A DNA stretch of 64,000 bases from the human T2T-CHM13v2.0 reference genome, Homo sapiens: NCBI RefSeq assembly GCF_009914755.1, contig NC_060926.1, one strand, 5' to 3'. Below, piece by piece: positions 42,165 through 54,800 of the stretch; within the stretch, counting starts at the first letter, position 1; each line of letters begins with the position of its first letter. The translations under genes were made by a program, and so were the position numbers. The notes under the pieces are model-generated. The model saw nothing but the letters and a program-made list of their open reading frames with translations. It ran no database searches and was not told the DNA's origin.

Positions 42165-43376
42165 TTTTTTATTTTTTAACTTTTATTGTAAGTTCAGGGG
42201 TGCAAGTGCAGGTTTGTTACATAGGTAAACTTGTGTCATGGGGGTTTGTTGTATAGATTATTTCATCACCCAGGTATTAAGCCTAGTACCCATTCATTAT
42301 TTTTCCTGATCCTCATCCTCCAATAGGCCCCAGTATCTGTTGTTCCCCTCCATGTGTCCATGTGTTCTCGTCATTTAGCTCCTACTTATATGTGAAAATG
42401 TGGTATTTAGTTTTCTGTTCCTGTGTTAGTTTGCTAAGGATAATAACCTCCAGCACCATCCATGTCCCTGCAAAGGACATGATCTTGTTCTTTTTGTGAC
42501 TGCATAGTATTCCATGGTGTATATTTACCACCTTTTCTTTATCCAGTCTATCATTGATAGGCATTTATATTTATCGCATGTCTTCACTATTGTGAATAGT
42601 GCTGCAATGAACATACACATGCCTGTGTCTTTATGGTAGAATGATTTATATTCCTTTGGGTATATACACAGTAATGAAATTGCTGGGTCCAAAGGTATTT
42701 CTGTCTTTTGGTCTTTGAGGAATTTCCACACTGCCTTCCACACTGGCTGAACTAATTTACACTCGCACCAATAGTGTATAAGTGTTCCTTTGTCTCCACA
42801 ATCTTGTCAGCATCTGTTATTTTTTGACTTTTTAATATTAATAATAGCCATTGTGACTGGTGTTAGATGGTATCTTATTGTGGTTTTGATTTGTGTGTTT
42901 CTAATGATCAGTGATGTTCAGCTTTTTTCATATGATTGTTGGCTGTACATATATCTTCTTTCAAAAAGTGTCTGTTCATGTCCTTTGCCCACTTTTCTGT
43001 GGGGTTGTTTATTTTTTGCTTGTAAATGTTTTTAAGTTCCTTCCTTATGCCATATATAAAATTAACTCAAGATGGATTAAAGACTTAAATGTAAAACTCA
43101 GAACTATAAAAACCCTGGAAGACAACCAAGGCAATATCATTCAGGACATAGGCATGGGCAAAAATTTCATGATGAAGATGTCAACAGCAATTGCAACAAA
43201 AGCAAAAATTGACAAAAGGGATCTAATTAAACTAAAGAGCTGCTGCACTCCAGAAAAAAAAGAACAACAACAACAACAACAAAAACCTATCAACAGAGTA
43301 AACAGACAACCTACAGAATGGGAGAAAAAAATTGCAAACTATTCATCCAACAAAGGTCTAACGTCCAGCATTTATA
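42165..43376 (-). mobile_element. Older L1PA 5'-truncated L1 with a 5' inversion (inverted part about 43041-43376)
   Basis: Antisense 3' UTR/ORF2 end to about 43042, then a plus-strand ORF2 piece; TSD agtcagag(g)tttt at 42156 and 43377; right flank reads TT/AAAA on the minus strand. Confidence 0.88.
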
Positions 43377-43454
43377 AGTCAGAGTTTTAATGTCTGGAAA
43401 ATAACTTCCATGCCCTCACTTCTTTTGAAATTATATGTGGTGAGGAGGGGGAGG

Positions 43455-43810
43455 TGATATGGTTTGGCTGTGTCCCCACCCAAATCTCATCTGGAATTGT
43501 CGCTCTCATAATTCCCACGTATCGTGGGAAGGACCTGGTGGGAGGTAATTAAATCATAGGGGCAGACCTTTCCCATGCTTTTTCTCATGATAGTGAATAC
43601 ATCTCATGAAATCTGATGGTTTTATACAGGGGAGTTCCCCTACACAAGCTCTATCTTGCCTGCCACCATGTAAGATGCCCCTTACTCCTCCACCATGACT
43701 GTGAGGCTTCCCCAGCCATGTGGAACTGTGAGTCAATGAAACCTCTTTCCTTTATAAGTTACCCAGTCTCAGGTATATGTTTATTAGCAGCATGAGAACA
43801 GACTAATACA
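43455..43810 (+). mobile_element. THE1B-like solo LTR
   Basis: tgatatggtttggctgtgtcccc...gactaataca; 5-bp TSD GGAGG at 43450-43454 and 43811-43815. Confidence 0.93.
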
Positions 43811-45334
43811 GGAGGACTATATTCTTTGTCTCTAGCTGATGCCAGAAAAAATATATATAAACGCTCTCTGAACATGCACATAATTGTAAATGTGTGCCAT
43901 CATTACTTTTAAGGTGTTAAATCCAACTAATGAGCAAACATTAAAATTTCCATGACATACCAGTCATCTCATAGTCAATTAATGAGGTGGTTTTTTGTCA
44001 ATTATTAATTTACAAGTCAAATAAATTATCTATTTCATGGAATCCTTGCCCCTAGAGACTCAGAGGAATTCTTAAAAGGAATCTACACCAATGTCTTGTT
44101 TTGTAAATGAGGTATGTGGGAATCAAAGAGATGAAGCAACTTGTCAAAAGTCACTCAAACAAGATTTAAGATCAGGTCTGCAGACTCCTACTCTAGTGTT
44201 TTCTCCTACATCATTCAATAGAATTATTTCTCTTCTTGATATTTTGTGTTATATGGCAGTCAAAAATTTCCATTTCTTTCTGAAATGCTGTCACCGTTAT
44301 TTCCCTGAGGGACAGCATTATATTTTAAGGCTCATTTAGTTTATAGTGTTTAGGCAAACCAGACGCATTTTCCCCAGATGGAATTTTCATGATGAGTCAG
44401 GGCTCCCCCAAGAGGCACCTCCTAAATGTCCCACAAAATGACTCTGTGCACTAAATCCTTGGGCCCTGATGATGAAGAACCCAATCCTTGTGGGCATAGG
44501 GGTTCTAAGTTCTTCATGGAGGCTCCTCACCTCCAGATCCTACACAGAAAACTAGAATCACGAGGGTTAGCCTCAAACCTAAAGACTGTCCTGTTTAGGC
44601 TATTGGAATCAATACTGCTTTATGAGCACATAAAAAGTCACCTGCTAATATGACTAGAGAAGTCCTTGGAGCCCTGTTTACAAGTATATTCTTGAGTAAC
44701 CTTGGTTTCCTGAAGTTCCTACATTTAACACTACTCCTTAAGGGCCCTTAAAACAGCACTTGGATTTAACAGGGTTAGCATTAAACATGCACTTGTCAAA
44801 TACAAAGAAAGGTACCTCACTGCTAGGTTCAGGAGAGACAACTCAGCTAATAAATACCCATACTTCATCATTGACTATCATATAGCAGAGACAGGAGCAT
44901 TAAAGTCTTGAAAGCAGTCATGAATAATAAGCTCACAGAAGTGGGAGCTGCGGGACCTAAATTACAGTTTTCAAACACCAGGGCAACAACTGAGTAGACA
45001 CCTACCTTTTTCAAGCATCTTCCAGCGCTCACATGTACTAAACCTGGCAAGATTCAATAGAAAAGAGGTAGGAAAAAAGGATGATGCTTTAGACTCTGCT
45101 GAACTACCAGAGGTGACATTGCCAGAAAGGCCTGGTGGTTGAGGAAGTGCCCATAGCAAAGGAGAGCGCTTACAGCGGGTTTCTACTGTGCTAGCACCCA
45201 AAAAGGAGGATAAGAATGGAGGGAAAACTGTCCAGAGGTGCTCAGGTACTGGTTTTCACTTATTACATTAAATCAACTTAACAAAGGGGCTCCAGACCCA
45301 GAGAGAACATGGAGACCCTGGGGGCTCATGCAGC

Positions 45335-45628
45335 CACTGGGATGCATGAACCACTAGAGGAGAGACCACACACATGCTGAGGATGCATGAACCACTACAG
45401 AACACAGAATATAGACACTGAGGATGCACAAACCTCTAGGTATGAGACCGCGCAGGCACTGGGGAGGCAGGATTCCCTAGAGATGAGGCTGTGAAGGCAC
45501 TGGGGAGGCAGGAATCCCTAGAGATTAGTCAGTCCAGGCACTGGAGAGGCATGATGCACCAAGGGTGAGACCAAGTAGGCACTGGGAAGGCGTGATTCCC
45601 CGGGGATGAGACGATAGAGACATTGGAG
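45335..45628. repeat. Diverged 41-bp-period minisatellite (about 7 units)
   Basis: Unit starts at 45335, 45375, 45416, 45457, 45498, 45539, 45580 and 45621; consensus approximately cactggggaggcaggattccctagagatgagacc...agg. Confidence 0.85.
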
Positions 45629-45629
45629 A

Positions 45630-48555
45630 TTTCTCCTCTTGTGTTGATTGCCTCTCTCTTCAATTTATTTTGCTAATTTGCTCTTCTAGAATCTTAAAAT
45701 AAGATTATTGATTTTAAACATTTTTATGCTTAATCGTTTAAAATATTTTTTCTGTATACACTATATTAGTTCATTACACAATTTTAATATGCTGAATTTT
45801 AACTTTCTCAGTTGAACGTATGTTAATATTTCTCTTGTGATTTCTTCTTTTGTCCACCCATTACATAGAAGTGTGTTGCTTTATTGTAATGTATTTGGGG
45901 ACTTTCAGATATCTTTCTGTTCTTGAGTTATGTTTTAAAATGTCATGATCGGGGAAAAATTGTGTACGATATAATTTTTTTTTTAATTTACTGAGCTGTG
46001 TTTTACACAACACTTGGCGTTAAACCTGGCACCTGACTTATCCTAGTGAACTTCAAAGGAATATGTAGTGTTCTATCATTGTGGTGATAGGTAGTGTGGT
46101 CCAGATGCTCTGTCTTTACTAAATGTGTTTCCTGTTTTACTGATCACAGGAAATGGAGTGTGAAAATCTCCCACTATGTTTTTTAGTTTATCTCATTTTA
46201 GACTTGTAAACTTTTCATGTGTCTTTACACAGTGTTATTAGGTGCATACACATTTAGCATTTTTATCCTTTTTCTTTTTACTAATTGACCTTTTTATAAT
46301 TGTGAAATATCTCTATCTCTCAAAATTTTCCTTGTCTTGAATTCTAATTTGCCTTGGAGAAATAGAATCAGTCCAACAGTTTTATGATTAGTGTTTGCAT
46401 GTCATACTTTTCATCCCTTCACTTCCGATACATCTGCATCTTTTATTTAAGGTATATATTTTTAAACAGCATATAGTTGATTCTTTCTTTTCCAATCTGA
46501 TAATCACTGCTTTTTAAATAGTGCATTTAGTCCATTTGCATTTGACATAATTTAAATCTGTTTTGTCTTATGTCTACCATTTTCCTTTTATTTGTTTCAT
46601 ATTTATGCATTCTTCATTCATTTTTCTGCCTTCTTTAGAATCATTTGGGTAGTTTTTAACATTCCATTTTATGTCTTCTATTGGATTTTTAGCTGTATTT
46701 CTTTGCTTTAAATTTTGAGAGACTGTCGTAAGTATTACAATACACATATTTAACCTATTACAGTTGACCTTTAATCACTATTATTTATGCCATGTAAAAC
46801 AGAAATAGTATTAATTAAACACTTACAACAGTGTAGTATTTTACCCCTCATGTTTTTTTTTCATTGCTGTCATATACCATACATCTACATATGTTATAAA
46901 CTCCATGTTAGAAAACAGTGTTTTAGTGTTTGTTTTAAACAACCTTTTAAATATGTCATTTAAAGACATTAAGAAACATGTAAAATAACTATTTTCTACT
47001 TACCCTCCAATTTACTATTTCCAATACCCTTCAATTCTTTTTTCCATTTAATTTAATTTCCCTTTGGTAACTTGAACCTCTTCTATGGATTTTTGTAAGT
47101 GTTGGTCTCCCAGAGACAAATGATCTCAGCTTTTGTTTATCTGAATATGTCTTTATTTTGTCTTCATTTTTTGAAATGACTTTTTCTAGATATAGAATTC
47201 TATGTTAATAACTATTTTCCTCGTACAGCATTTTAAAGGCATCATTCAATTTTTTTGGACTGCATTTATAATGATGAAAGTTTAGCCGTTATTTTTATTG
47301 TTATTATCCTACATCAATGTGTTCTTTTTACTTCACTACTTTTTAAATTTTCTGTTTTTGCTTTTGAATCAATCTAAAATAATACAGTTTGCTTTGTGTT
47401 TATCCTACTTCTTAGATCTCTAGGTTAATATTTTTTTCAGTAAATTTAAAATTTTTCAGGCATTATCTTTTCAAATATCTTTTTCTACCCCAATTTTTCT
47501 CTCCTCTTTTTCTGGCACTCCAATCACATGTATGTTATACCACATGACATTGAACATATGTTTTTTGTTTTTAGTGACTTTTCTTTCTCTGTTTTAATTT
47601 CTATTACCCTATCCCAAAACCCACTAATATTTCTTCTGTCCTATCTAAACTGCTGTTAAGCCTATCGGGTAAAATTTTCAATTCAAGTATTGTGCTTTGT
47701 AGATGTAGAATTTTAATTTTTTAAATGTTAACTTGTATGCAGAGTCCCTATCTGTCATACTTTTTGTTTTATTTTTTCTTAAATCTTTGAACAAATTTAT
47801 AATATCAATAGCTATTTTATAGTTCTTATCTGGTAAGTCCAGCATATCTTGGAATAGTCATTTTGATGGCTTTCTGAAAATTGTAGATATTATGCTGCAG
47901 GTTCTAATTTGTGGTAACTTCATTGGAAGGATGTTGAGTTTTGTTCTATGTATTTACTAGCTGATCAGCTTCAATCTATTAATTCTTACTTTTAAGCTTT
48001 CTTAAATGCTCTGGCCTTGCCTGAGTCTCAGCTGGATGCCTATGGTGTTTACTATGGCTTGTCACACCTCCAGTGTTTGCCAGAGTTGTGCAGCCCCAAT
48101 CCCATGTAGCTTCTAGTAGCTATTTTCTGCAGAGCTTTAGGGAATCTGAGCATGTACAACTTAGTATTTGGCCACAGGCTCAAGATAACTTCTATACAGA
48201 TTTCTGGAGCTCCTCTTCTGTCTCTACACCTTCTTGTTTTATAACCTGTTCCTCACATTCCACCTGCCTCGGTGGCCCTGAACTTTATTCTGTGTTTTCT
48301 CCACCGAGCATTATCACTGCACTCTGGTCTCCATTTCCCTATGGTATGGTTTGGAAAGGATCTGCAGCAAGAAAGCCAAAAGGAATTTAAAGTTTTACTC
48401 ATGAAGTTATTTTCTCCCAAGGGCCACAGTCCTATGCTCTGTTTAGTCCAATGCCTAAACACAGTTGCTCCATGCAGATTATCCTGCAGTTGTTCCTTCT
48501 GGGAAGAGAAGTCTAATACCCATTATTACTGCATAATGGCTCAAACCAGAAGTAC
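45630..48555 (-). mobile_element. Old L1M 5' portion (5' UTR, ORF1 and ORF2 start), degraded
   Basis: T-rich antisense L1 (tagaattctatgttaataac, ttattaggtgcatacacatttag); L1M-type 5' terminus ...cataatggctcaaaccagaagtac. Confidence 0.7.
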
Positions 48556-48829
48556 AAGCATTACTTTTAATATGATGAAAATAAGCCTTTTATCAGTATG
48601 CATTAAATAAATTGAGAGATACCATGGTAGCACCATGCTATAATTGAAAACAAGCCTCTTTTGCATTGGAATTTAGTTTCTAGCTTCATGACTTCAATTA
48701 ATCACTTAACCCATCTGAGCCTCAATGTTCTCAATTCTAAATTAAGAAGAGAATATTAGATTACATGTAAAATGTTTCCTAGTTGTAATATGTTTTCTTC
48801 TGTGGGACAAAAAAACATATGATTTCAAG

Positions 48830-51800
48830 TTTTTTTTTTTATTTTTCATTTTGGTGGGTACATAGTAGGTGTATATATTTGTGGGATACATGAGATGTTT
48901 TGATAGAGGCATGCAATGTGAGGTAAGCACATCATGGAAAATGGGTTAGCCATCCCTTCAAGCGTTTATCGTTTGTGTTACAAGCCATTCAATTATACTT
49001 TTTAAGTTATTTAAAACCTGTATAATGAAGTTATTATTGACTACACTCACCATGCTGTTTGATCAAATAGCATGTTTTATTCGTTCTTTCTATTTTTTGT
49101 ACCTATTAAGTATGTCCCCATCCCCTTCCAATGCCCCACTACCCTTCCCAACCTCTGGTAACCACCCTTCTATGCTCCATCTCCATACCTTCAATTGTTC
49201 TTATTTTTAGATCCAAACAAGTGAGAACATGTGATGTTTCTCTTTCTGTGCCTGGCTTATTTGGCTTAATATGATGACATCTAGTTCTATCCATGTTGCT
49301 GCAAATGACAGGACTTCATTCTTTTTATGGCTGAATAATACTCCATTGTTTTTTTACATACCATTTTTTTAAATCTATTCATCTGTTGACAGACACTTAG
49401 GTTGCTTCCAAATCTTAGCTATTGTGAACAGTGCTGCAACAAACATAGGCGTGCAGATATCTCTTCAATATACTGATTTTCTTTTTTGAGGTTGATATGG
49501 TTTGGCTGTATCCCACCCAAATCTCAACTTGAATTGTATCTCCCAGAATTCCCATGTGTTATGGGAGGAACCCAGGGGGAGGTAATTGAATCACAGGGGC
49601 CGGTCTTTCCCATGCTATTCTCATGATAGTGAATAAGTCTCATGAGATCTGATGGGTTTATCAGGGGTTTCTGCTTTTGCTTCTCCTCATTTTCTCTTGC
49701 CTCCACCATGTAAGAAGTGCCTTTCACCTCCCACCATGATTCTGAGGCCTCCCCAGTCATGTGGTACTGTAAGTCCACTTAAACCACATTTTCTTCCCAG
49801 TCTCAGGTGTGTCTTTACCAGCAGTATGAAAACAAACTAATACAGTAAATTGGTACCAGTAGAGTGGAGTGTTGCTGAAAAGATAGCCGAAAGAGTGGAG
49901 GCAACTTTGGAACTGGGTAATAGGCAGAGATTGGAACAATTTGGAGGACTCAGAAGAAGATAGGAAAATGTGGGTAAGTTTGAAACTTCCTAGTAACTTG
50001 TTGAATGGCTTTGCCCAAAATGCTGATAGCGATATGGACAATAAAATCCAGGCTGAGGGGGTCTCAGATAGAGATGAGGTACTTGTTGGGACCTGGAGCA
50101 AAGGTGACCCTTGTTATGTTTTAGCAAAGAGACTGGCAGCATTTTGCCCCTGCCTTAAAGATTTTGTGGAAGACAGAACTTGAGAGAGATGATTTAGGGT
50201 ATTTGGCAGAAGAAATTTCTAAACAGCAAAGCATGTAAGAGGTGACTTGGGTGTTGTTAAAGGCATTCAGTTTTATAAGAGAAGCGGAGCATAAAAGTTA
50301 GGAAAATTTGCAGCCTGACTATGTGATAGAAAAGAAAAACTCATTTTCTAGGGAGAAATTCAAGCTGGTTGCAGAAATTTGCATAAGTAGCAAGAAGCCT
50401 AATGTTAATCCCAAGACCATGGGGAGAATGTCTCCAGGCCATGTCAGAGACCTTCACAGCAACCCCTCCCATCACAGGCCTTAAGGCCCAGGAGGAAAAA
50501 GTGGTTTCATGGGCTGAGCCCAGGGTCCCCATGCTTGTGTGTAGCCTAGGGACTTGGTGCCCTATGTCCTAGCCTCTCCAGCCATGGCTGAAAGGGGTCA
50601 ACATACAGCTCAGCCTGTGGCTTCAGAGGGTGGAAACTCCAAGCCTTGGCAGCTTCCACGTGATGTTGAGCCTGTGGATGCACAGAAGTCAAGAACTGAG
50701 GTTTGGGAGCCTCCACCTAGATTTCAAAAGATGTATGGAAACACGTGAATACCTAGGTAAAAGTTTGCTGTAGGGGCGGGACCCTCATGGATAGCCTCTG
50801 CTAGGGCAGTGTAGAAGGGAAATATGAGTTGGCACTCCCACACACAGTCCTTCCTGGGGCACTGCCTAGTGGACCTGTGAGAAGAAGGCCACCATCCTCT
50901 AGACCCCAGAATGGTAGATCCACCAAGAGCTTGCACCATGCACCTGGAAAAGCCACAGTCACTCAATGCCAGCCCATGAAAGCAGCCAGGAGAGAAGCTG
51001 TACCCTGCAAAGCCACACATGTGGAGCTGCCCAAGACCATGGAAACCCACCTCTTGTATCAGCATGACCTAGATGTGAGACCAGGAGTCAAAGGAGATCA
51101 TTTTGGAGCTTTAAATTTTTACTGCCCCACTGGAGTTTGGACTTGCATGGGCCCTGTAGCCCCTTTGTTTTGGCCAATTTCTCCCATTTGGAATGGCTGT
51201 ATTTACACAATACCTATACCCCCAGTGTATCTAGGAAGTCACTAGCTTGCTTTTGATTTTATAAGCTCATAGGTGGAAGAAATTTGCCTTGTCTCAGATG
51301 AGACTTTGGATTGTGGACTTTTGGGTTAATGCTCAAATGAGTTAAAACTTTGGGCAGCTGTTGGGAATGCATGATTTGTTTTGAAATGTAAGCACATGAG
51401 ATTTGTAGGGGCCACGGGTGGAATGACATGATTTGGCTGTGTCCCCACCCAAATCTCAACTTGAATTGTATTTCCCAGAATTCCCACATATTGTGGGAGG
51501 AACCCAGGGGGAGGTAATTGCATCATGGAGCCTGGGCTTTCCAGTGCTATTCCTATGATAGTGAGTAAGTCTCATGAGATCTGATGGGTTTATCAGGGGT
51601 TTCTACTTTTGCTTCTCATTTTCTCTTGCCTGCACCATGTAAGAAGTGCCTTTCATCTCCTGCCATGATTCTGAGGCCTCCCCAGCCACGTGGAGCTGTA
51701 ACTCAAATTAAACCTTTTTTTCTTCCCAGTCTCAGGTGTGTCTTTATCAACAGCATGAAAATGGACAAATACAGGGGTATATACCCAGTAGTGGAATTAC

Positions 51801-54800
51801 TGGATAATATGGTAGCTCTATTTTAGTTTTTGAGGAACCTCCAAACTGTACTCCATAGTACTTGTACTAATTTGCATTCGCATTAGCAGTGAATGAGGGT
51901 TCCCTTTTCTTCACATCCTCACCAGCATTTATTATTGTCTGTCTTTTGTATATAAGCCATTTTAACTGGAGTGACATGATATTCCATTGTGGTTTTCATT
52001 TGTATTTCTCTGATGATCAATGATGTTGAATATGTGTTTATATGCCTGTTTGCCATGTGTATGTCTTCTTTTGAGAAAGGTATAGTCAAATCCTTTGCCC
52101 ATTTTTTGATAAGATTATCAGCTTTTTAAATATAGAGTTGTTTGAATTCCTTATATATTCAGGTTATGAATCCCTTGTTGAAGTAGTTTGCAAATACTTT
52201 CTCCCATTCTGTGGATTGTCTGTTTACATTGTTGATTGTTTCCTTTGCTCTGTAGAAGCTTTTTAACTTAATGTGATCCCATTTGTCCATTTTTGCTTTG
52301 GTTGCCTGTACTTGTGGGGTATTACTCAAGAAATTTTTGCCCAGACCAATGTGTTGGAGATTTTCCCCAACGTTTTCTTTTAGTAATTTCATGGGTTGAG
52401 ATCTTAGATTTAAGTCTTCAATCAATTTGATTTGATTATTGTACATCATGAGAGATAGGGGTTTAGTTTCATTCTTCTGCATATGGATATCCAGTTTTCC
52501 CTGAGCCATTTATTGAAGAGATTGTCTTTTCCCCAGTGTACGTTCTTGACACATTTGTTGAAAATGAATTCATTATAAGTATGTGGATTTGTTTCTGGGT
52601 TCTATATTCTGTTCCATTGGTCTATATGTCTGATTTTATGCCAGTACCATGATATTTTGGTGAGTATAGCTCTGTAGTATAATTTGAAATCAGGTAATGT
52701 GATTCCTCTAGCTTTGTTCTGTTTCTTTAGGATGGCTTTGGCTATCCCTGGTCTTTTGTGGTTCCATATAAATTTTATGATTGTTTTTTCTATTTCTGTG
52801 AAGAATGTTATTGGTATTTTGATAGGGACTATATTGAATCTGTAGATCACTTTGGGTAGTGTGGACATCTTAACAATATTGACTCTTCTAATCAATGAAC
52901 ACAACATTTTTTCCTCTTTTTGGTGTCCTCTTCAATTTTTTTCATTGATGTATTATAGTTTTTGTTATTGAGATTTTTCACTTCTTTGGTTAATTCTTAG
53001 GTATTTAATTTTTTTGTGGCTATTGTAAATAGGATTGCTTTTTAATTTCTTTTTAGATTGTTCACTGTTGTCATATAAAAATGTTACTGATTTTCAAATG
53101 TTGATTTTATATCCTTCATCTTTACTGAATTTATCATTTCTAATAGTTTTTTGGTGAAGTCTTTAGGTTTTGCCAAATATAATATCATATCATCTGCAAA
53201 CAAGGATAACTTTACTTCTTCCATTCCAGTTTGGATGCCCTTTACTTCTCTCTCTTATCTGATCACTCTATCTAGGATTTCCCAGTCCTATGTTGAATAA
53301 CAGCAATAACACTGAGCAACTTTGTGGTGTTTCAGACTTTAGAGGAAAGGCTTTCTGTGTTTTCTCCTTCAGTATGATACTAGCTCTGGGTCTGTCATAT
53401 ATGGCTTATATTAAGATGTGTTTCTTCTATCCCCAGATTTTTGAGGATTTCTATCATGAAGAATGTTAAATTTTGTCAGTTACTTTTTCAGCATCAATTG
53501 AAAGGACCATATGTATTTTGTCCTTCATTTTATTGATATGACATATCACATTGATTAATTTGCATATGTTGAACCATCCTTGCATCCCAGGGATAAATCC
53601 CACTTGGTCACATTGGATGATCTTTTTAATATATTATTGAATTCTGTTTGCTAGTATTTTGTTGAGGATTTTTGCATCAATGTTCATCAAAGATATTGGC
53701 CTCTGGCTTTCTTTTATTGATGTTTGTCTGGTTTTAGTTTCAGAGTAATATTGGCCTTGTAGAATGAATTTGGAAGTACCCTCTCCTCTATTTTTTGGAA
53801 TAGTTTGAGTAGGATTGGTATTACTTCTTCTTTAAATGTTGGGTAAGATTCAGCAGCAAAGCCATTCAGGTTCCAGTGATTTATTACTGGGAGACTTTAT
53901 TACAGCTTCAATTTCATTACTTGTTATTGGTTTGTTCAGGTTTTGGATTTTTTTCCTGGTTCAATCTTCTGGGTTATATGTGTCTAGGAATTCGTCCATT
54001 TCTTCTAGATTTCCCAATGTATTGGCATATAGTTGCTCAAATTAACCACTAATGATCCTTTGAATTTCTATGGTATCAGTTTTAATATCTCCTTTTTCAT
54101 TTCTGTTTTTATTTATTTGCTTATTCTCTCTTTTTAAATTAGTTAGTCTGTCTAAAGATTTGCCAATTTTGTTTACCTTGTCAAAAAACAACTTTTTGTT
54201 TTATTGATGTTTTGTATTATTTCCTTCATTTCAAATACGTTTATATCTGCTCTGATATTTATTACTTCTTTTCTTCTACTGATTTTGGGTTTGGCTTGCT
54301 CTTGCTTTTATAAGATGCTGGGAAGGCTTTTCAGGTATTTTAAAAGACTTTTCAGATATTCAAAAGGGTATTGTAATCTAAGCTGAATGTGTTTTAGGAA
54401 GCACCCTAAGCCCAGTAATGCTGTGGTTCTTGCAGACTCATAGAGGTACCACCTTGATAGTCTTGAACAAGATCTGGGAGAATTATCTGGATTACTAGAT
54501 AGATACTCTTGTGCCCTTCCCCCCTTACTTTCTTCCAAACAAACAGAGTCTCTCTCTGTCTTCTGGGACACCTCAAGCTAGGGGTAGAGTGACACAAGCA
54601 TGCCTGTGGCTACCACCACTATAATTGCACTGCGTCAGGCCTGAAGTCAGCACAGCACTGAGTCTTGCCCAAGACCTGCTGTAATCACTCCCTGGCTATT
54701 GCCTATGTTTGCTTATGGCCCTAGGGGTCTTTGCAAGTGGCAAAAACAGCCAGGCCTGTGTCCTTTTCTTCAGGGCAGTGGATTCCCCCAGGCCCCAGGT

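Noticed and set aside
44738-44751. Perfect 14-bp palindrome ttaagggcccttaa
   Set aside because: A few palindromes of this length are expected by chance in 64 kb
45335-45628. CRISPR-like or coding interpretation of the 41-bp array
   Set aside because: Primate DNA with no cas genes, units related over their whole length with no unique spacers, and a period that is not a multiple of 3
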